Below are positions 1 through 17,722 of a stretch of 64,000 nucleotides of DNA, piece after piece. The stretch's first letter is position 1; each line of letters begins with the position of its first letter. Position numbers and translations under genes: made by a program. The notes below the pieces were generated by a model, which was given only the letters and a program-made list of their open reading frames with translations, had not been told where the DNA came from and searched no databases. This stretch comes from Tubulanus polymorphus (Eukaryota; Animalia; Nemertea), in NCBI RefSeq assembly GCF_964204645.1, contig NC_134025.1, positions 1,798,001-1,862,000 of the forward strand, written 5' to 3'.

Positions 1-3000
1 CAAATATTCCTCTATCGGATCTTTTTTATGTCCCTCCCCCCGATAACTACTACTATGATGTTTTTCCCTCGATTTCTTTTTCGACGACGAACCGTGGCTT
101 TTACTTTTACGTTTGCCCCGAGAACTATCAGAACTATCCGATGAACTACTACTCGAACTATCGCTATCCGAATCGACCGAACTTTCCGAATCTTTCCTTT
201 TCGATTTTTTGCTACGTTTTTTGGCGCGTGTTTTTTTCTCGTGCTCAATCTCGATTCCCGGGATATCGTCTTTGTTGTGTTTTTTGTTGTCGATATCATC
301 GTTTTCCTGTTTGATCGCTGGTTGTAAAACACGATCAATCTTCTCTTTCTCTTCTATAAAATATAACGAAGATGTTCAGCGAATATTCTACAGAAACTCA
401 GTTCCACGATTCTCGTTAAACGCCGATGGTTTGAATACACATACAGAGAACTTTTTATAAGATTATTAGTTAGATTTTGGCTAATCGCTAATTGTTACAT
501 GAAATTGGCATTTGAGTACCATATAGTATTGCGTATCGTTATATAACATTATATATGGAGTTTCAAGCACCTTCAAAAGCATTTTCCACTTTGAAGGAGT
601 AAGGAATCGCGGTGTTGTAGGAACCCTGATAGACTGGTATCAAACATTCTCGCTTGCCAGGGGTCCAGTATCACTCCCGAACTCGCTTCCACCAGCCCCC
701 TGGCCTCACGAAGCGTGATTTCATTACTGGCGCTGTTGCGCATGACGTCATATATCGAATTGCGAAATACTTCCTTGTTCGGTAAAACGTTCGCTGATTG
801 GTCCATTTAACGGGAAAACCAACAGAAGTCTACTGTCGGTTTGTTACAAGCGCTGTGATTGATACGACCGGATTCTGGTCGGCTAGTAACGACTCCAACG
901 ACTCGTGAGGTCAAGGGGTTCGGGGAACAGCTTTAGCGTAGTGGGTTCGAATCCCTTGACGGGTGAAGATGGGTATCAAATAGGGTTCATCAAATTCATT
1001 TATCAATTGGGTTAACCTCCACGCAGGTTTTACAGAGGAGTTTTCAAGGAATCAAGAAGCGTCGTATAAAACTCACCTCTTTCTAATCTCTCTTTTTCCT
1101 CGTTTTCTTTCATTCTCAACAAAAATGCCGTTTTCTTTTCCTGAATCGTACGACGTAGTTCCTCGTCCGAGTCGGGTTCATCTTCATCTTCCTCGTCGTC
1201 GTCGCTCTTCTCTTCATCTTCGCTACCAGAACCGTACAACACCAGACCTAAAACCAGCGTTTAATCGATTACGCGTAGAACATTAACGCGACGACCGTCT
1301 AAATCTTCCGAACACCGAAATTCAGCGAGTTTCATTCGACAAAATTCTGCTTCTCTGCTTATTAAGTGAAAATACTCACCACTGCGATTGCCGATTGATG
1401 CCAAGGCTGTAGACCTGGCCAGCTGCTTTGCTGTATATACACATAATAATTTAGTTAGACATTTCAAGAAACTGTAAGAAAACAGGAGCCGTAACCGCAG
1501 TAGAGTCTCGATCAATCAATCAATCAATACTTTAGTGCAGCTGAAATTAATTTGCTTGATTCCATTTCAGCTGAAAAATCATGGATTATGTAAATACACT
1601 AGTAATAGATGACCACGAAATAAACAGACATGATTCTTAAACCGGTTTCATTCGCTTTCCATGATTCCTTTCTCTTTTTGTACTTACGACTTCGAATTTA
1701 CGCTTTAAATACAGTTTTAGTAATAGACAATTTCACAAAAAATTCTACCTTTTTAAAATGATTTTCTTTTTAAATGTTCATAGCATTTACTGCGGTAACA
1801 TACCGTATTGAAAATATCTCCAGTTACCGGTAACTTATTACATGCCTTGTATCGTTTGGATATCACCAGTCATGAATTATTCATTCTAAATATTTCATTT
1901 GGGCTTCAATTTATGATACATGTCTACACCATATTATGCTTACACAGCTATACTTATATCGTTGTCAGTGTCAGCCAATACGATAAGCTTAAACTTAAAT
2001 CACGGAATTCAGAATTCAATCCTACATAGATTGTTCAAGATATTTTGCAGTTGGAGTAGAATTCTTTGTGAAACGAGGTCATGATATTAGGAAATTATGA
2101 TAATATATCCCACATATATAACATATTCAAAAATAAAGCGAGCTTCTTCATAATATAAACATGAATATATATTATCCCACTAGAATTCATACAAATATTT
2201 ATACAATACAATTTACATGATTGTTTCATACCTACCGATATCAAATTTCTATAATCAGTTTGAAATGTATCATCGATGTGATTATTATTGTTTACTAATT
2301 TCAATCTACCTTGTTTTTGTTTGGATTTTTCTCGCATGAAAACCTCTTGTGCCACGGTTTCTATTTCTTCAGACGTCACTCCCAATAAAATTTCCGTCAA
2401 CCAATTACGAGTTTTCATCGCCTTCAAAAATACATCAACGGTAAATACAAACATGGATTTGTGGCGACCTCGTCATTTAATGAAAAGGAAATGTTCATCT
2501 TACCAATTCTTGCTTCTTTTCCTCCTCAGTTTTTACCGGTTCTTCATCGAATCGACTTTTTCTCGCCTTCTTTTCAGAAGTTTCATCATCATTATCATCA
2601 TCATCGTTGTCGTCGTCACTTTCCTTTACATCGGGTTTAACGTCCTCCTTTTCTGACTCATCATCAGAATCCTGAAACAATTCATTTTCATGATTTACGA
2701 TCAAAATACGGTTGGAATCTATGAAATATTGTAATCAATAAATGATTACTTACAAATCGACTTTTCCTAATGATTCCATCTTTCTCCAGTTCGTTCATTG
2801 TTCGTTTCTCCTCCTCTTCGCGTTTCTTATCGGCTTCTTCTTTTTCTTTCTTTAATCGTTCTTTTTCCAATTCTTTTTGTTTCGCGTGCTCCATTTTTTC
2901 GAGTCCTTCTCGAATCCACGCGGGTAAATTTCTCTTTTTAGCCGCATCTACAATTGATTAAAAGACTTAAGACAAAGAGACGAACAGGTTTAGAATGATT

Positions 3001-3336
3001 GAAGGCTTTTAAGTCACTTTACTCGAAAATGATAACTAATTCTACAAATTACACAACGTCTCCAGAATTAATAGTTACAAAATTATGAAATTACTAAATA
3101 CCTAAAGCGGCTGGATCAGGTGGAGTATCTGCTGCTGCTGCTGCTGCTGCGGGGTTAGATGATGTCGAATGATGATGAACTGTTTTATAAGATGCTCTGT
3201 TATTTCTGCCATGGTTGTGATTAAATGTTTGTAATTCTGGTTGTTGTTGTTGTTGTTGTTGGACTGGTTCCGGTCTCTGATTCCAATAATCTCCAAACTG
3301 TTGATTATCAACCACATTCTACAATAAGCAAAATTA

Positions 3337-3367
<31 letters not shown>

Positions 3368-4648
3368 TCAGACTGAATGAGCTTCTAATTTATCTATTTA
3401 CCTCCTGAAAGTTATTGTGTTGATAATCGAAGGTTTGAGTCGTAAATGAACCGTGATTATAATCAACTCCATGCGGCTCATCCTGAAAATATATCAACCA
3501 CAAAAACAATCAGAAAATCCATAAAACCCTTGTTGGAATCTGTGCTGCCCTCTCAGTTGAACAAATTGGTCTTTGATAGTTCATTCTGGTCATGTGATGT
3601 TGAATTAACTCATTACTGAAATTTCAAAATCTAAGTCTCAAACAGAAACTGAACAAACTGGGAACAAGGAGAAACTGAACAAACTGGGGACAGGGAGAAA
3701 CTGAACAAACTGGGGACAGAGCGAAACTGAACAAACTGGGAAAAAGGAGAAACTGAACAAACTGGGGACAAGGAGAAACTGAACAAACTGGGGACAGAGC
3801 GAAACTGAACAAACTGGGAACAAGGAGAAACTGAACAAACTGGGGACAGGGAGAACATGAAACATTGTTTCATACTTTTTCATCAAGTTGATTTTGTTGT
3901 TCTTGTTGTGCTCTCCAGTTCTCTCCGTAGATCCACTGTTGAGCGATAGCAGACGGTGCCAGACCTGCCGCCCAACTCCAATCAGAACCAGGTGCGTTAT
4001 GTCGTATCCTTGGTGCTGCAGGTGCGGGATGAACAGCTGCTGAAATATAATCACAAACCAAATATTGATTACTGAGTTTACGCGATATTTGATAGCCTCG
4101 GGTCATCATCTACCCCACCTAACTGTTTATTACAATTCACTAGCAGATTGTACCTCAGAGAGAGTTAAATCAGTCCGAAGAGATCTGAGGCCGATGCAGC
4201 AAACGTATTATCAATTCTATCAAGAAGGTTCATAATAAACCGACCAAAACAGATTTCAACCTTAAAAATCACATCATTATCTCTACTTATCAATTAATGC
4301 ACAAGGGATAAGCAGTTTTAGTACCTGGTGGTAAATGTCTATGTTGTATAGAATGATTCGAGTTGTTTATTGGTGGTGGTGGGGGTGGGTAACTAATATG
4401 CAACGTCGTCGGAACATCTGAAGCTTCTTTATGAGCGATCCACTGTTTTGCTAAAGCCGCCCAATCAACTACAATACAATGTAAAAAAATACACGATGAA
4501 CGATAAGATAAGTTGAGATTTTATTTGAAGAACGGTGTTTCTTACCTTGTTCATGAGGCATACTTTGATACATTTGTTGTTGCATTTGCCACGAACCACC
4601 AGGTCCTGGTCCTGGTCCTGGTCCTCCCCACGGCTGATTAGACCACAT
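1..4648 (-). CDS. PNISR: Arginine/serine-rich splicing-related protein PNISR (SFRS18), spliced, 3' end beyond window
   Basis: GT-AG exons, 5'->3': 4648-4546 (MWSNQPW..), 4468-4325 (DWAALAKQWIAHKE), 4039-3876, 3482-3402, 3318-3102, 2947-2754 (DAAKKRNLPAWIREGLEKME), 2671-2504, 2421-2310 (WLTEILLGVTSEEI), 1430-1380 (AKQLARSTALAS), 1247-1077 (YGSGSEDE..DEELRRTI), 353-1 (K/S/R-rich tail, open to the edge). The motifs match PNISR hallmarks recalled from memory. A probable non-coding first exon ends at ~5995. Confidence 0.93.
930..975 (+). mobile_element. tRNA-like B-box fragment, possible SINE remnant
   Basis: TAGCGTAGTGGGTTCGAATCCC contains a GTTCGAATCC B-box, but no full cloverleaf can be built. 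Confidence 0.3.
3645..3852. repeat. 26-bp minisatellite, 8 copies, in a PNISR intron
   Basis: Unit GAAACTGAACAAACTGGG plus an 8-nt variant tail. It explains the spurious ORFs at 3624-4054. Confidence 0.95.
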
Positions 4649-4740
4649 CTTATATTACTGAGCGATCGAAATATCTGGAAAATTAATCGCACGTTGGGTC
4701 TGGGTGGGGAACTGTCTGTAAAAAACGATTAAAAACAGAC

Positions 4741-5864
4741 TAATGTCTATTTATTAATGGATGAGACCTGTTTTTCTTGGATATTTTGCTTAATTTTTGG
4801 GGTACATACCTCATTTATGTCTTAACAGAATGCCAAAAATCGCGGACAACAACTGAATATCCGATATATTTCCAGTTCTGTACCAATTAGATGGATTGGC
4901 AAAAAGACTCCTTAAGTCCAATTGAATGAGAGAGAAAATCCTCCATTTTGTGAAATTTCTTGAATTTTTACATTGTCACCATGCCTACGTAATGAAGTTA
5001 TTTTTCTTGTGGGGTCTCAACAACTAAATCAGGGTGGCGTAGGCATGGTAACAATGTTCAAATCCAAGAAACTTGACAAAATGGAGGATTTTCTCTCTCA
5101 TTCAACTGGACTTAACCCTTTCGCTGCGTACACGCTTGCACCGCCCCCTACGTAAGGTATTTTCCGAAAAATTCGATTTTTTTCAAATTGTTTTTAACCC
5201 CGATTTTTCGCGTTTTTATCGAAGATTATGATGTTATTTAGTGAAAATCAGTAAAAAATCATACCAACAGCCTTTTCTGTAGGGGGGGGGGCGTGTTGGG
5301 GGGGTCAGGATGGGTTAAAAATTTTTTTTTTTCAGTTTTTCACCCAAGTGCCTATCTCAGTCTTTGGTGATTGATGCTACGGTGTGGATGAAAGAAATTC
5401 AATTGATATGGGATATCCTTTTCCGCTGGTAGAGGTACGTAAGTGGGGAGCCATCTCAATCCCGCGCAAATTACCATGTGCTCAACAGGCTGACAGCACC
5501 AACTACTGACGCATTTTCGCCATCTGTTGTTTAGAAAGCTAACTATCTTGTCTTACATGCGTTTCCATACTGTTTGCTGTGTACGCGTTCGAGTTATAAA
5601 TCAATAGGTGCATGACGTTTCTACAACGTCATACGCACAGCAAGTGTCACTCATATGACGTTTCCAAAACGTCACAAGTAGCGAAAGGGTTAAGGAGTCT
5701 TTTTGCCAATCCATCTAATTGGTACAGAACTGGAAATATATCGGATATTCAGTTGTTGTTCGCGATTTTTGGCATTCTGTTAAGACATAAATGAGGTATG
5801 TACCCCAAAAAGTAAGCAAAATATCCCAGAAAAACAGGTCTCATCAATTAATAAATAGACATTA
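4741..5864. mobile_element. Foldback/MITE-like element with ~250-bp inverted arms, right arm interrupted by a second element
   Basis: Left arm 4741-4989 (TAATGTCTAT..ATGCCTACG) is the reverse complement of 5038-5115 plus 5694-5864. The spacer is 48 bp. Confidence 0.9.
5116..5689. mobile_element. Non-autonomous piggyBac-like element with TTAA target-site duplication
   Basis: TTAA|CCCTTTCGCTGC ... GTAGCGAAAGGG|TTAA, with TSDs at 5112-5115 and 5690-5693. CCC termini plus a TTAA TSD are typical of piggyBac. Confidence 0.88.
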
Positions 5865-6636
5865 ATAACTTAAGTAAAGAAAGTAGACACTACATTTTGC
5901 GGATGTTTTTGATCAGTTCTCTGTGAACTGTGCATAGATTTCAACAAACCGAATGAAAATTGAAATGATTTATAAATTCTTTTGAAATACTTACACTATG
6001 ATTTATGGATATAAACGCTTAGAATTATGATCTAATTTTGTCGATATAGCCTCACTCTTTTCACTATCTAGGGCTCGCAATGGCTGCCGCGTATCAGTCA
6101 CTTGCCAGGGCGGGTTTCTATGTCCGCTCCGTAATCCGATTACAACTGTCAGCCGCGCTTGCCAGGGCAAGTGTTGCGGGAGCGATCTACGTTTTATGAA
6201 AAATATTACTATAACTCCTCATTCTGATTTATTGTTGTAAAGAATTGAACTTTTGCTTATGAGATTAGTTTTATGTATGTATATGTCTCATTATCTGCCT
6301 TCTGTATACCTGAACTTGGCAGTCGCTAATAATTCAAATACACTACAGTAATTCAAACTGTTGAAAAATTCAGAACGTAAATTTCAGAAAAATGGTTTAA
6401 TCCAGTCTGAACGATCCACAGGTTACCGATAACGAACCACAAATATCAACAATGAATATCGGAATAGTACGAATAAAATCAGTGTTTTATTTACAGATTC
6501 AACCATTCATTTTCCAAACATAGAGCGACGATAACTATAAGCAATGATTTAATCAGCTATTCAGTGTGATTAGATATATAAATTATCAATTTAAACATGA
6601 TGACAGATAGTTATAGATCATTGTAGGAAATAATAA

Positions 6637-13133
<6,497 letters not shown>

Positions 13134-14155
13134 TGTGTCGGGTTAAGTGAAATCTAATTTTTCAAAATAAAAAAAAAACTTTTGCGATCCCAAACGATAG
13201 CTGGAATCAACACTACGTGGCAGCACTGTAGTTCAACGGGTCGTCCCTAAAATCCGGTTATGGCTTCGTGTAAGACCAATCGTTCACCAATAATACGTCA
13301 TAAGTCGATATATATTTCTGATAGATGACGATTGTGATATATGGTTCATTGAGATATTTTCCAACCAGAATTTTGATGGTTCAGCCAAATTCGAATAGCT
13401 ATTCGTTTATTAGTTTCCTTAACTGGAAATGGGAATTCCATACGCACTGTCTATTGGCATTTACCAAATGCGGTTCCTGGTCCTAACTGATCGCAGAAAT
13501 TCAATATACAAACACTGAACACAAGAGGTTTCGTCATTTCAATATTTATTAGACTTGTACAAAAATCACAATCGATATTCATTCCTACACAATGACACTG
13601 TCCCAGAACACAAGAAATGAATCAACCTACTACTGAAACTTGGGACAATAAAATTATATATCTTTTAAAAACCAAAAACAAATAAATTTCCATAAGAACC
13701 AGTAATTACTATTTTGGCAGAACAGAAGGAAATGAGATGAAACAAATGTTTTGATCAAAACAGGTGACTAGAAACAGATAGTTTATAATCTGGCATCGCA
13801 ACAGTCAAGATGCTCACTACGATTTATACCTGCATATTACAATTGAAATAAACATCATTTGTATTAATTACACCTGTAATACATTAGTAAATAAGAAGAA
13901 TCTCAAAGCGCATGCATGTTCTATACAAATAAACTTTCAAAAAAACCCGATCTTGAGCACAAATATTTTTCGACGGATGTGTGCAACAATGCGGACAAGG
14001 TTTCACAGAAAAACTATTTTCCATCGGTTTTAATCGATTCACAGAACATCATACGATCGATCGAACCGATTTCTTCAGTTATCGCACGGAGAATATTGAG
14101 CACTTATCACATACTGGGCACTAAAACATTGCTTGTTTTCTTACGCTGATCCACA

Positions 14156-17100
14156 TCATAGGTCATCGTGAAGATCAGCTTCAGTCGGCATATAATATCT
14201 TGTACCATTTATCTACACATAAAAACAATCATCATTTAAATCAATCTAAATGATTTTGAGGCGCTCACTCTATTTGGATACTTGTCCTTTTTAACAGTAT
14301 GTCCGGTATACAATCTACATTGTATACCGGTACTGAACATATGAATTGATTATTGATCAACAAGAGCACAATTCAATGAAAAGGACAAACTGTTAAAAAG
14401 GACAAGGATCCAAATAGAGTGAGCGCCTCATAGCCGAGGTGAGAGTTGAGTAAATTTGGAAATTTCATTGCCTTTTGATGCAATTTCCAGGCACATTTAA
14501 GGAGAATAGGCTCAACTCTTAAGCAGCAGACTGCTGCTCTATTAGTTACACGTGGTAAAATTGCTCCCCAAAATTGGCGTTTTTCAAAAGGCTACAGGAA
14601 AATTGCAATCGGAGCACATGCTTCGATCCGGCAGTCTATACTTACATTGAAATCATGATCCATCACAAATGGCGGAAGATCCAACTGATCTGGGTTGATT
14701 TTTGTATAAAGTTCCTCTACACCACGCACCGTGTGAACCTTGTTTTTGATATTCGGAGCGGTAAACGTTGTGAAAAACCACGTGAGAACCTATCAATAGT
14801 AAAAATATATCACCGCAGTCTAGAAATACAGAAATAATTCAGAGGAGAAATAGAATATTAATATGCGCTTACCTTGGACCACACAGAACAATGCAAGAGG
14901 TAAAATGCCTTCAAATTGCGCTTGTATCTAAAAATACATGTTGATTGTATTAAAAATATGTACTAAATGGTGTTAATCATCAGAAATAGGATTCAATATT
15001 ACAAGTAATACCTCTCATCGACGATCTGATAAACCTCTTTCAGGAAGCCGAGAGCTGGCTGATTATCTTTAGTAGTCAATGAATGAGCATACACAACTAC
15101 GTAACGCTCATTAACAATTTGATCCATTACGTGTATTAAATAGAGAAGAGCCTGAAAGAAAGATTGTTTCATTAAAGCCATTAATGAACATGTTTGACTG
15201 AAACTCTCATTAGATCAATCTTTATTTACCTTTTCTAGATTAACGTTATTATAGGGAAAGTGTTTAGCTATAAACACAATGACCGGGCATCCATTTTTAT
15301 CAACACCCGAATGATAGAAACACCTTAGACTAACTATTTCTGACAGATCTTCCTGGCGAGCTCTCCTTACTAATCTTCCATATCTAAAATATCATATTTG
15401 CATACTTCAGTAAACTTGGCCTTATTTTAGTGTTGGGACCGGATAGCCAGATATGGATGTGGGTAGTTTTTTCAAATAAGCCTACGGTATGTGAAATTCA
15501 AAGACTATTAATCGGTTTGGGATACATAAGAAATCCAACAATGATTTCAGCAAACGATGTTAACTTCTTGAGTAAACGATTACATATTTAGAGCTATGTT
15601 TCAGCTATAGACTTATAGCCAGAATCAATATTTTATAAATACCTGCGAACATCAGCGATGTGTTCAGCTTCTATTGTTGTTTTTCCGTGTATCCTCTGTC
15701 GCCTTTCACTATCGTGATCACCTTCCATTTTAGCGAATGAATGTTCTCCAACTGATACTGACATATTCAATAATTCGTGAATCGCGACTTCATCCTGTGG
15801 TTCGTCTAACTCTGATTTAGGACTGTCTCTTGTATCACCATTTTCTGTAATATTTACAAAAATCGATGAAATTTTCTCAATGATTTCATCTACCGGTAGA
15901 TAATTCAGTAATTTTAAACTTGCTTGAGATGAGCGGATTATCAGCAATTCTAATCTGTCTTTCCGGAATCACAGGCTCGCCGATATCATTGCCGATTGAT
16001 TTTGGCAAAACTGCCGCCGCAAATTGTTCCTCCCTTTCATTTCGAGGGAAATACAGCGGTAAAAGTTTCCGATAGTCAGCCTTAAATTAGGATTAAACAA
16101 ACAAATAATTTCTATAACCTAGGAAGTTTTCATTTAGATGTATTAGAGACGGTGTTAATAATAGAAGATTTTGTTTATAATGTTAATATCATACCTCTTC
16201 TAATTCTGTACAAATAAACACAACTTTCTCCACAATATCTCTATTTCTTTCCAGGAATCTCCTCACAGTTCCTGTCAGAAAAAATACATAATGAAATATA
16301 CAATAATAATAATAATAATAATATATTTTCTAATAATAATATATTTTCTTATATAGCGCAGATCTAAGAAATAATCGCTGCGCTTCACAATGTAAAACAC
16401 AATACAAAATACACAGAAAATTGTTAAAATTACATAAGTTGGGTATACATGCATAATAAAACAATACATAGTAGGTTTTAAGAGTAGGTTTGGCTAAAAA
16501 GGTATGTCTTAAGATTACGTTTAAAAATGTCAACAGATGCACTTTCTTTCAAAGATATTGGAAGTTTGTTCCAGAGGATTGGACTAATACATTTAAAAGT
16601 TCATTTGAAAGATACAGCGAGAATTAATATATTCATTGAAAGAATGAAGGCTTACGTAAGGCTATGTGAGTTCCATCTTGAGGGGGATAATTCCTCCTTA
16701 ATGAATGTATACACGAGATACCAATAGTTCTTATTTCATGTTCTCTACAATAACAGAACAACATCAGTTATTTGTATCTGCTATCAATTTGTAATAAAAA
16801 AAAAAGTTCATGCGAATTACGTATAGCGATGATGATTCAAGATCGTGATTTAACAAGAGAAAGTACAAGTGACCTACTTGACGAGTTGCATGACGTTTCT
16901 ATAGCAGTTAAACAGAGCGCTCTCAGCAGCCGTGCAGTATTTAGTGTTATAACGAGGACCAACTGTATGTATTACATAACGCGAAATCAAATTATATCCT
17001 TTCGTTAATTTGGCTTCACCGGTTTTACAAACTGAAAAATAAAAATTGAAATTAACCTTCGCAAAGATTGGAGAAAATTGATGAGAAAACGAATGAAGTT

Positions 17101-17722
17101 TTCAATACCTCTGATATCTCGTTTTATTTCAGTGATCAGTTCAGGACCAGCTTTGATAAATATTTTCTCTGATATCGGATTACGATCGGTTAATGATTCA
17201 TTTGTAGGATTCACTAACGCGATAACGTTCAGCCTCGTTTGATCCCCGGTCCTAAAAATAAAATAATCATGTAAAACATCCAGTAAAACATCCAGTATCA
17301 GCTCATGTTTTGGTCACCCATCCCCAAGACCATTGAAGGCAGTGTTTGCTTAGGCCCCATCTTCACAAAAAATAACTATCATTTTCTAGTCCTCAAAATC
17401 AATTTAGCCTATGATAATCTGAAATTAAATTGATTCAAGAGTTTAATCTTTTCACGGAACGAGACCCAATTATAAAAACGTTTTAACTCTGAAATCCAAT
17501 CAATTTCTTCATGCCCCATACATACCACAGGCAAACAGTTTTATTTAACTGGTTATCACATGTAAATGGTGACTGAGTCCAATATCTATTTTCAGGTATG
17601 TGGATATATTCTGGTATTTCAGTTTCAGCCCATGTTTGTAGACCATTGATATCGATCACCTCTGATGGAGCGCCAAGTGGCTCTGGAGGTACGTCTACAA
17701 CGCCGCTGTTCAATGGATCCAT
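14156..17722 (-). CDS. GDAP2: Ganglioside-induced differentiation-associated protein 2 (macro domain + CRAL-TRIO/Sec14-like), 12 coding exons
   Basis: Exons: 17722-17526 (MDPL..PLGAPSEVIDI..SPF), 17251-17109 (VNPTNESLTDRNPISEKIF), 17031-16878 (CKTGEAKLTKGYNL..IHTVGPRY), 16744-16656, 16271-16195 (TVRRFLE), 16080-15924 (LLPLYFPR..GEPVIPERQIRI), 15844-15643 (HSFAKMEGD), 15383-15230, 15151-15012 (ALLYLIHVMD), 14927-14873, 14789-14646, 14212-14156 (stop TGA). Confidence 0.96.
14257..14430. mobile_element. MITE with ~42-bp TIRs
   Basis: TGAGGCGCTCACTCTATTTGGATACTTGTCCTTTTTAACAGT pairs with ACTGTTAAAAAGGACAAGGATCCAAATAGAGTGAGCGCCTCA. Confidence 0.85.
16300..16600 (-). mobile_element. 5'-truncated L2/CR1-clade LINE 3' end
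   Basis: The minus strand encodes LWNKLPISLKESASVDIFKRNLKTYLF, a typical L2/CR1 ORF2 C-terminus. It is followed by a GCGC stem-loop and an (ATT)n tail. Confidence 0.75.

Noticed and set aside
12-460. ORF-track calls 12..338 (-) and 113..460 (+)
   Set aside because: They are off-frame or antisense shadows of the low-complexity PNISR exon.
3645-3852. CRISPR-like look: constant 18-mer with variable short spacers
   Set aside because: The spacers are only 8 nt, are related to each other and recur. This is a eukaryotic intron with no cas genes, so it is a minisatellite.
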